This document shows positions 53,964 to 64,000 of a stretch of 64,000 bases of DNA, piece after piece. The notes below the pieces were generated by a model that was not told where the DNA came from, did no database searches, and saw nothing but the letters and a program-made list of their open reading frames with translations. The first letter of the stretch is position 1. Each line of letters begins with the position of its first letter. The translations under genes and the position numbers were made by a program. Origin of the DNA: Octopus sinensis (lineage: Eukaryota); the NCBI RefSeq assembly GCF_006345805.1, contig NC_042997.1, forward strand, positions 158,286,001-158,350,000. Direction: 5' to 3'.

Positions 53964-54270
53964 ATTACATGCATTGATGAAATGCATTGCCTCTCACTCA
54001 ATAATAATAATAATAGTAATAATAATAATAATAACAACACATTACTACCTTAATATTATTCTCATTATTATGGACGAAATGCTTAGCGGTATTTCGTCCG
54101 TCGCCACATTTTGAGTTCGAAATGCGCCCAGATCGACTTTGCCTTTCATCATTTCATATTCGATAAATTAAATACCAGTTAAACACTGGGTTCAGTGCAA
54201 TCGACTTGCCTCCTCCATCACAATTGTTGGCTCCTTGTGCCTATAGTAGAAAGGATTATTATTATTATTA

Positions 54271-54339
<69 letters not shown>

Positions 54340-54340
54340 A
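53643..54340. repeat. Cluster of (TAA)n, (TTA)n and (TTG)n trinucleotide arrays
   Basis: Directly visible, in alternating orientations. Confidence 0.95.
54072..54258 (+). mobile_element. Nin-type SINE
   Basis: gaaatgcttagcggtatttcgtccg, gatcgactttgcctttcatc, ttgtgcctatagtagaaaggatt. Confidence 0.85.
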
Positions 54341-54880
54341 TTGAATGAGACAGCAGTGCATGCCATCAAAGTGACACCGGGTTAAAATATACGAAGCCCA
54401 GTATACCCATTATGACTACCGGTCTGATAAGTGTACACTAGGCACATGCATCACAACCATATGTGCGCGACATGGTGATCTCATATCAAAACAAACAGCA
54501 CATGACCTTACAGGTAGGGCCCAGTCAGAATTTTCTTGTGGTCGAGTAGCCCATCCTGCTCAAAAGGTCCCTGAAAAAGGATTGTTTAAGTATGTTGAAC
54601 GAACTACCTATGTTTCCAAAGCTGAATTATCCAAACCTCTAAGAATTCCTTTCAACACACGGCTATGATGCTCCCCCACTACTTCTGCTCATGTTCAGAG
54701 ATGCACATGTCGTCAGTCACTAAGGAACATGCTCAAATGGTTAACGTCAAATAACTGACAAGCAAATCTGTGGTATTGAGCTGTAGCCCATTTTTTATAC
54801 CAAGACAAAACAATGTACATGATAACACTTCCAATCAGTTAAGATCAGAAGACCCATGTGAGCCACTGTTATTATGGCTA
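54341..54880. mobile_element. Unclassified element of about 540 bp between trinucleotide arrays
   Basis: Complex sequence bounded by (TTG/TTA)n and (TAT)n, with no tRNA head and no transposase motif. It resembles a high-copy Octopus repeat as recalled; unverified. Confidence 0.5.
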
Positions 54881-54949
<69 letters not shown>

Positions 54950-54950
<1 letters not shown>

Positions 54951-57900
54951 TTTTTTTTTCTTCTTTCAAATGTGCTTCCATTTCTTGCCAGTGTCTTCCC
55001 GACTCCTAGGGCAAAGAAACTCATAGTATACATTGGTAGGCCATTAAACCAAACTCAATAGTTCGTTGATTTTTTTTTTTTTAAAGTTAAATTAAAATAC
55101 ATGAGCAGCAACAGTTCTCACATCGACAATGCTCTTCTCAATACGTGTGATTTACCAGTTAAGACTATCTTTTGCACTTCTTGCAGGGATGGTAAGCCAG
55201 GGATCATTCTCATATAATTTTCGGTTCCCTTCTTGATCATTCCTAGTACTCCTACGATCACTGGTATTGTAACCGCCTTGAGATGCCACATTTTCTCAAT
55301 TTCAATGAGTAGGTTTTTATATTTTCTGAGCTTGTCAAACTCTTTCGCTGAGATATTATGATCACAGGGGATGCTCATGTCGATCAATAAGCAAACTTTA
55401 TTGTTTTGGTCTTTCACAACAATATCTGGTTTATTGGCCTTGATGGTTCGGTCTGTATGTACTGGAAAGTCCCACAGAATGGTTACATTTTCTCCTTCAG
55501 TTACAGCCTCAAGGTGGTGATTATACCACTTGTCGGCAGTTTTGATATTGTAATGCCGACTTATTAGCCAGTGGAGATATTGGCCAACTCTGTCATGTCT
55601 TAATTTATACTCCACTGGTGCTAAGACTTTACATCCAGAGATTAGGTGGTGTACTGTTTCAATCATGTCGTTGCAGAATCGGCATTTTGGGTCTGCTCCA
55701 TTTTTCATCACATTGGCCTGGTAGTTCCGGGTTAATAGGCTTTGATCTTGAGCAGCCAGGATGAAACCTTCTTCTCTCTGCTTTTAGCCCTGAGCTCCGT
55801 AGCCACTGATGGGTTTGCTTCTGGTCAACATCAGCTTGTTTGCTGCGGGTCACATATTTGCCGTGCAGAGGTTTCTCCTCCCACCTATCAGCCAATTGCT
55901 CGTGCGCTTTATTCGTTGCCATCATTTTCACCTTCTTTGCAACAATAGTGGCCGTACTTCCCTCGGGTTGTTCAGTTTGGGTATCCTGCACGAGATCAAT
56001 AGCAAATTTTTCGCTTTCCTTTATGATAGAATGAAGCTTCTTTCGTCTCTCGTGATTTTTCACGAGCTTTAGCATCCAGTCATTCGATATTTCGAGATAT
56101 TTGGCCAGTCCACTTGTGGTTGTTTTGTAAGCTAGTTCAAATTGGATCAGGCCTCGACCTCCTTGGGCTCTGGAAAGGTAAAGGCGATCTACGTCTGCCT
56201 TTGGGTGGTGCATCCTATTACAACTCAGCAGCTTGCGTACTTTCCTATCTATATCCTTTACTTCACTCATATTCCAGTTCAACACATTGTAGCTATAAGT
56301 AACAACTGGAACTGCTAAGGAATTTATAGCTAACACCTTGTTACGTGCATTTAGTTCAGATTTCAGGACTGCACGAACTCTCCTATAACATTCCTTCCTG
56401 ATTTTCTCTTTCATGCTTGCATGCTGAATACCAGAGCCTTCATTTATCCCTAAATATTTCTATGTTTGTTCTTGCTCAAGCTCTCTTATGACTGTGTCAA
56501 CATCTAACACGACTGAATTTGTGATCTTCACTCTCACTTTCTGGAAAGTGGCCTTGGCACACTTCTCAAGTCCAAACTCTATCCCGATGTCATCGCTGAA
56601 TGCTTTCACAGTGCGCAATAGGCCTTCAAGTTCATTATTGTCTTTACCATAAAGTTTTAAGTCATCCATATAAAATAGATGGCTTATTTTTTTATTGGCA
56701 ATTTTATACCCATACCCTGTTCTGTTTAATTCACTTGTAAGGGGTATTAGGGCTATACAGAATATTAAAGGTGAAAGTGAGTCACCTTGAAAAATTCCAC
56801 AGTTGATGTTTATATTTTCTGAGGCAAGTACTCCATTAGAGTGGTATAATTGGAGATTCGTATTCCACAACGACATACTGTGCTTCAGGAAGTTTGAAAT
56901 CACAGGGGAAATTTTAAGATGTCCAGCGATCTCAAGATCCATGGATGCGGTATACTGTCGAAGGCCTTTTTATAGTCAATCCATGCGGTGCTGAGATTTC
57001 TGCGCTTGTTGTGACAGTTCTCAAGGATCATACGATTGATTAGCAGTTGATCTTTGCATCCGTAAGAGCCTCGGCGGCACCTTTTTGTTCAATGGGGAAA
57101 ATATCGTTCTTCTCCATGAATGCATATGTTTTCTCCGCCAGGATAGATGTTAGGATGTTATACGTGGTGGATAGACAGGTTATAGGCCGATAGTTTTTTG
57201 GAAGGTTGGTTTCGTTATTCTTTGGGAGTAGGTAAGTAATGCCACTTGCTAACCATTCAGGTGTTTTCTTTGGGTCTCTCATAATTCCATTGAGCAGCTG
57301 AATTAGCTTACCGTGTGCGCATAGGAGCGATGCGAGCCAGAAATTCGGCACCCTATCTTTACCGGGGGATTTCCAATTATGGGCCTTCGTGAGTCTTCCC
57401 ATGCTTGTTGTTGTAAATTTTGGTAGGATCCTTCAGTTTGTATAATCCAGTCTGCATTTATGTTGTACGTCTTCTTGTCACTCCAAATCCTTTTCCAAAA
57501 GTTTTGAACTTCTTCCATGGGAGGGGGGTCTTTAACGGTTACTTTCTCCTTCCCTATTTCTCTGTAGAATTTTTTGGCATTGGATGTGAACAGATTATTT
57601 TGCTCGTAAAACTTGTTTCCCTTCTCAAATCTTCGTATTCTTTGGGCTTTTGCTTGGACTTTTTGTTTCAGCGTTTCTTTTATTGATATCAGTTCTTCTC
57701 TTGGTGAGGATCCAAATTTTCTCTTCATCTTTCTTCCTGTTCTGGATCTTACATCATTTCCACATATTAGTTCATTTAATATTGATATTTCCCCTCTCAT
57801 AAATTCAATCTCTTTTTCAATTTTACTTCTCCAGGTTTGATTTCTTCCCAGGTTTTGTTTTCTTTGTTATTTCGGGTGTATACAGCTGGTTTCAATTGCC

Positions 57901-58875
57901 CTAGCAGAAGCGTAAATAATTTCATTTAACTCAGTAAAATCAGGTTTTAATTCTCGTATTATTTCATTTGTTACGTAGTTGCCAATTTGGATTTGTTTTT
58001 TATTTTGGTTTGTATTTGAGAGTTTATGAAGTGGTTCTCTATCATTCATACTTGTATGTCTTACAACTTCAAGCGTATTCAGGATTTTCTGCCTCATTTC
58101 TGCCATAGACTCTCTGTGTTCTTCAGCAAATGCGAGATCTTCAGTTACTGTTGTTTTTTCGTTTTCCTGGCTATCTTTAACAGGTACAATAGAATTTCTT
58201 GTATCTTCATGACTTTGCGTACTTTGGTCAGATGGCAGTCTTTCAATTAAGCCTCGTGGCGGGCTATACTGTTCATCTGATTCTTCATTTCCTTTGTGTC
58301 TTATATTTATGTCATTTTCCGTTGCGTGCTTCATCACGCTTATTTCACTGTTATTTCTAAGGATATCCCTCCTCACATTTGCTAATTTGTTCTCGTCCAC
58401 ATAGGGCCTACTGTCTTGATTCCGTGTTCTCCATATACTGTAAGAGTTTGCGGTGTGTCTCTCTTGAGATGGCCTACCTAATGCATAGTAATAAGCGTAT
58501 ATTACTTCTTTATACTCTTCTCGGTCCATTTGTTCCGCTTACATTTTTCTTTCTGTGGTGGTTGTGGTGGTGAACTTGGAGGGCTCGAGTTGGGGGATTT
58601 CCCGTTCAAGTGACCATCCATGTCCGTATTCGGAGAAGAGTTTGTGCCAGTTGATGACTTTTCGATCCCAGGCTGGCTCTTCCCTGGGGGACGCGCTTCC
58701 AGATTAACCATAGGACAAGCGATTTGGTATACTGATTTAGTTTTCCTTTTAGTTTCCAAAAACATTTTGGTGCTACGATAATGTTATCATTTTTTAGCTT
58801 TGATTGGCTCGTGGGGAGACGGCCATCATTGCCGTTACAATTATAATCGTACCATTATAGCAGCCGTAGTCGGCT
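54950..58875 (-). mobile_element. Near full-length R4/Dong-like RLE non-LTR retrotransposon, multiply frameshifted
   Basis: ORF pieces from 58765 to 55118: N-terminal YAYYYALG..KLANVRRDI; NWKSPGKD; NYRPITCL; EQKG; GIFQGDSLSPLIF; HLFYMDDLKLY; RGLIQ; CCHC finger CRFC..HLISGC; RLE motif KPDIV..IDMSIP..KLRKY. The 3' end runs into A-rich sequence and (TAA)n. Confidence 0.95.
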
Positions 58876-59607
58876 TATTATTGTTATTATCATCACCATC
58901 ATTATCACTATCACCATTATCACCACCATTATCATGATCATCATCATCATTATCACTATCACCATCACCACCATCATCATCAATGATATTGTTTTATGTG
59001 TAGTCACAGCAGTATCTTATTATTGTTATTTTTGTTTTTTTATCATTATCACCATCACAGTAGTGTCTGTCTGTCTCGTTGGCTGGCTTGGTGGTTGGCT
59101 GGCTGACTGTCTTCAACGCCAGAGTTCTTGCCTGTCAAATAATACTTTCATATTTGGTTAACAATAGAGCCGAGGTGAGGTTTGTGTTAGTTGAATTATT
59201 TGAGTGTGTGTGTGTAGATAGATAGATAGATTATCAGCACTATTACTATCATTATTATCATCATCACCATCACCATCAGTGATACTTTTTCTTTTTTTTT
59301 TAGGTGGGGTGCTATCGGTCAAAAAAAGTTCAGATGTTTACTACTATTAGGCTTAAGAAAAATTAAGGAAGGGCTGTTCTGTATTGTTTGTGAATAGAGA
59401 AGTTGTGTTCGACCAGAGAGAATCTTAGCATCATCATTTTTTTTTTCCATGTGCGTTTGTGTTATTGCAATAGAAAGTGTTTGTATATTTCGTGTAAGGT
59501 AATATTGTGGAGGTTGAAGCTGACTTTTCTAGAGATGTTTGTATGTCCAGTTAGAAGAATAGGTGTGTTTTTACAATAATATCATTATTATTATTATTAT
59601 TATTATT

Positions 59608-61493
59608 CAGTAGTTTTATTTTTATAGCGTGCTTTCACTTCACTACCGAGCGCAGCTCTGTGTGCCTTGGGTATGTGCTGTGATTTGTTGTGATGCTCTG
59701 ATGGTTATTGTATGGAAAGTGTTCTGCGTTGGATGTGTGCAGTTCCTAGTAGTGCAATTTTCTGTATGTCATATGTGTTTGTAAGTCCTGGTGTTTTTGT
59801 TATGTATTTGTCTGAATATTTTTTTATCATGCCTAATGCACCTACTATGATAGGAATTGTTTCTGTTTTCAGGTTCCACATTCTAGTTACCTCTATTTCC
59901 AGGTCTTTGTATTTTGAGAGTTTCTCCATTTCTTTTAGAGACACGTTGTCATCTGCCGGTATTGATACATCAATTAGAAAGCATTTTTTCCTTCATGATC
60001 TCTGACAACTATATCTGGTCTGTTGGCCTTAATTTCTCTATCTGTGTGTATCGGCATATCCCAGAGTATGGTTGCTTTCTCGTTTTCTGTGACATTTTCT
60101 GGTGTGTGCCTATACCACATATTCTGCAGTTACTTGTAATATTTCTTTTCATTACATGTTTTTGGTAATTTCTGGTGGAGAGGCTTTGGTCTTGTGCTGC
60201 AATTAAAAATCACTCTGTTTCTGCTTTGAGTCCTGAGCTTCTCAACCATTGCTGGGATTTTTCTTTGTCTATTTCTTTTGCGTTTAGTTTAGTGCAGTAT
60301 TTACCATGAAGGGGTTTTTCTTGCCATCGTTTTATCATGGCTCGTTGCTGTTCTATTTTTAGTTTGGATTTCATTTGTTTTATAGCTTTTGTTGTTTCTT
60401 CATCATCTTCTTCTTCTTCTTTGTGTTTATTAGGTGGTATGATTTCTTGTTTGTATTTGTCAGCTTCCTTAAATACTGAGAACAGTTTTTTGTTTTGCTC
60501 GTGTTTTGCTGCTATCTGGATCAGTTTTCCTTCCTTCTGAAGTAGATATTTTTGCAGTCCTATGGTGGTTATTTTATAGTAGTTTTCCAGCTGTATAAGG
60601 CCTCTACCACCTTCTATACGTTGTATATATAGTTTTTCTATGTCAGATTTTGGGTGATGCATCCTAGATCCTGTCAGTATTTTTCTTGTTTTGCTATCTA
60701 TTTTGGACAGTTCATTTCGTGTCCAGTTAAGGATATTGTAGCTGTAACTTATAACTGGGACAGCTAAAGTGTTGATACCTATTATCTTGTTTTTAGCATT
60801 GGGCTCTGTTTTTAGTATTGATCTAACTCGTCTATAATATTCTTTTTTTATTTTCTCTTTCATTTGTGTGTGTTGTGTCCTAAGTATTTGTAAGTTTGGC
60901 TTTGGTCTAATTCTTTTATTTCATTGGTTTTATCTAGTGTGATGTTGTTACTCTTAACTAGTTTTCCTCTTTTCATGGTTACTTTGGCGCATTTTTCTAA
61001 TCCAAAGTTCGTATCTATTTCTTTGGTAAATCCATGAACTGTCTTTAATAGTGTTTCCAGCTGTTTGTCATTTGCAGCGTATAGTTTTAAGTCATCCATA
61101 TATAAAAGGTGGCTGATCGTTTTGCCGTAACATTTATATCCGCATCCAGTTCTATTTAGCATATCAGATAGAGGTGACAGTGCCAAGCAGAAAAGGAGTG
61201 GAGAGAGCGTGTCTCCCTGGAATATTCCTCTTCTAATGGGGATGTTTTTGGTTTTCATGAGTCCCTCTTTTGTTTGGAGGTGTAGGACTGTTTGCCATTT
61301 ATTCATAGAGTGCTCTATGAATTTTATGATTGTTGGTGCTACTTTGTTAATGGCTAGTGTTTCGAGGATCCATGTGTGGGGGATGCTATCAAACGCCTTT
61401 TTGTAGTCAATCCAGGCCATACTGAGGCCTTTCTTCTTTCTGTGGCTGTCTTCAGTTACGGCTGTATTAATCATTAGTTGATCTTTACAGCCA

Positions 61494-61495
<2 letters not shown>
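59608..61495 (-). mobile_element. 5'-truncated R4/Dong-like LINE (second subfamily) inserted in (TAA)n
   Basis: AWIDYKKAFDSIPH, GIFQGDTLSPLLF, HLLYMDDLKLY, GGRGLIQ, ILWDMPIHTD..RPDIV, LGTAHI. TTA/ATT repeats on both sides. The CCHC finger is partly deleted near 60115. Confidence 0.95.
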
Positions 61496-61538
<43 letters not shown>

Positions 61539-61615
61539 TATTATTATTATTATTATTATTGTTGTTGTTGTTGTTGTTGTTGTTGTTATTATTTATTTAT
61601 TTATTAATTTATTTA
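61495..61615. repeat. (TTA)n(TTG)n(TTTA)n array
   Basis: Directly visible. Confidence 0.95.
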
Positions 61616-61620
61616 TTTTC

Positions 61621-63390
61621 CCTTTATCACAGGTTTTGTCGGAGCTCCTGGAGTCTTGAATGGGTGGCGGGCTTACTACCTGCAGCCTACAGTACTACGT
61701 TATTCTTCCTTTTCAGCTGTCTAATACTTCCTTGATTATTCTGGCTGTACCAAGGAGGCAAATCTTTTGTAACAGTTCTACTGGGCACTCTATTCCAAGT
61801 TCCTTTAAATTCCTTTTGATGCGTTCAGATTCTGTTACCAAGCACTCAACAATAATTGGAAATATCTTCACCTTCCTCATTTTCTGTTATCGATTTATCT
61901 TCACGCCTTCCTTCTTGACTATTTGTGGGTGAAAGGAGCATGCAACGTCAAATATGTAGCATGTGTAGTGCACCTTCTCTACCACCACCAGGTTTGATCT
62001 GTAACACTCTAGCACCTGATCTGTTTGGATTGAGAAATCTCGGAGGATTTTGCTAGTCTCTACCACTCTCTGCGGTTTGTGCTTATACCACGTCTTGCCT
62101 CTCCCTCGCCCCCACGTTTCACACAGTTTCCAATGTAATATTTTCAGTACCGGGTCGTGTTTCCACAACATGTAGGGCATTCGTTCGTGATATATGGAAT
62201 GGTTTCATCTACTGTATTGCAGATACAGCCAAAGCAGAGGCACTTGCTCATCCATCAGCTCGACCTCCCAATTCGTGGCCAAAGCTTGGTCCTGCGCTGC
62301 CAGTATAGTACTCTTGGTCTTCTTTTTATGTTCCTTTCATCAGCCATTAACACCTTTTTTTCCAGCATCATCTATTGTGGCTACATGGGATTAAATTTCT
62401 TTTGATATTATCTTTCTCTAAGAGTGTCACCTGAGTACAGATCCACTTACCATTTCTTCATGCTAAAGCTAAGTTAATTCTCTTATGTTGTCTGCTATAC
62501 TGAATATTTTCAAACATTCACTTATCCATGAGTTTGATATCATGTCATTGGCTTACCTATAACCTATCCATGCTATTGTTAGATTTTTCTTTCTGGTTTT
62601 TACTTTATTTAGAACTGCTTTGTCTATGTATAATAGATCATGCATTCCTTTAGCCTTCTTCCTGCAACCATTCTGTTCTTCTGGCAGCGAATTCTGGTGC
62701 TTGTAATTCTTTCTGGAAGAATTCTTTTCAACAGCTTCTACACTAATAGTAAGCAAGTAATCGGACTATATTTTCTAGCTGTTTTAACCTTGATCTTGTC
62801 TTTCATAATGAGTATTGTCCTCCCTCTAGTCATTCAGTCTGGTATTATTCCTCCATTAAGTCAATCCTGAAGTTGTTCTTTCAATCTACCATGTAAAGTA
62901 CTAACTTTCTTTAGCCAGTATCCTGAACTAAATCCAGTCCTGGGCACTTCCAATTTCGTATTTTCCCTAACATTTTACTCATTAAAGCACTAGTTAATCT
63001 TAGATCTGGTTGTTCTTCACTCACTATTTCGTCTGTCACTTTAACCATACTGCCTATCTTTAACCATACTGCATATCCATTATGATTTACTGGTTTGTCC
63101 CAAATATTACTCCACAAATTTCTAGCTTCTGCATTAGGCTTCCTATTTTCAGTACTTCGTTCTCCACTATGTATTTGGTTATAAAATCTCCTGTGGTCTG
63201 TCTTAAATAATCTATTTTGTTGATACTGATTTATTCTTTACTGATATCTGGAGAGCTTGCCTGTTATTGCTATAATATGCTATTTCAACGCTTCTATTAC
63301 TGTCCCAAATCCTTTCTCTTTGCCTAAGTATGTATTCTCAGGGGAAGATTTGTATCTCGTGTTTCCTAACTTGTTCAGTTTCCAGGCTTA
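61621..63390 (-). mobile_element. Older R4/Dong/NeSL-like LINE (third subfamily) with large internal deletion
   Basis: QQNRLFKTDHRRFY, NLWSNIW, NWKCPGLD, LPEEQNGCRKK..DLLYIDK..IAWIGYR, ILHWKLCE, FSIQTD, FDVACSF, CLLGTARII. The RT core (QGD, YxDD) is missing. Confidence 0.85.
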
Positions 63391-63744
63391 GACATTAGAG
63401 TGGTACTTCCTCAGACTTGCATCAAAGGTGAACTATCACATTGTGCATCTTCCAGACAATGTGCACCTTCCAGACACATAATGGTAAGGAAATTTACACA
63501 TCATCCAAAGTTATAATTAACACAACATTAAACATTTATAAATCTTTGCTACCTCAGTATTATATTTGTGTACTATACCAATTCATTTGTTAGGTAAAAC
63601 ATTAAATTTGCTGTGAACAGTTTAGAATAGCAGTTTGTAACGTGGGGGAAAATGAAGAAAAAAAGGAAAAGATCCGGGTGAACAAACTTAGCAAAATCAC
63701 TGGTTTATAGATTTGCATGCACATGTGAGCGTGTGTACAAAAGA

Positions 63745-63840
63745 GAGAGAGAGAGACAGACAGAGACATAGACAGAGAGAGAGAGAGAGTGGGGGGGAGA
63801 GGAAGAGAAAGAGAAAGAGAGGGAGAGAGAAAGAGAGAAG
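63745..63840. repeat. (GA)n/(GACA)n low-complexity tract
   Basis: Directly visible. Confidence 0.9.
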
Positions 63841-64000
63841 ATTGTATGTGTGAATACTGTGCAGACGAGAAAGGAAAAGAACATATTTGACAGTCAAAAA
63901 TATCTTAACACATCGAAAATCACCTAAAAAACATGAATCACAAGATTTATAGCAACTATTGTGATATAAATGTATTTACGCAAGTTATTCTTATAGTGCT

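Overview
Very AT-rich, microsatellite-dense eukaryotic DNA. The repeat complement (tRNA-derived SINEs with Nin, CORE and V central domains; abundant (TA)n, (CA)n and (TAA)n) points to an Octopus-type coleoid cephalopod genome; this is inferred from recalled families, not from a search. No host protein-coding gene could be supported. Most ORF-track entries are translations of microsatellites or chance ORFs, and every interpretable coding remnant is transposon-derived. Main content: (1) five R4/Dong-like restriction-endonuclease LINE copies, all on the minus strand, three of them stacked at 54.9-63.4 kb in (TAA)n arrays and one near full length; (2) a Penelope-like element (RT + GIY-YIG) in a partial tandem with a 5' inversion at 32.3-35.1 kb, plus several solo Penelope-type terminal repeats; (3) Tc1, mariner, DD37D, hAT and Helitron remnants; (4) a 971-bp foldback element with about 99% identical 309-bp arms; (5) over 20 SINEs. 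The best leads are minimal hammerhead-ribozyme motifs (CUGANGA + extra A + stem II + GAAA + palindromic stem III) in Penelope-type terminal repeats, the long foldback, an orphan element in TAA repeats, and a GC-rich island with a possible HDV-like fold. All structures were read by eye and are unverified.
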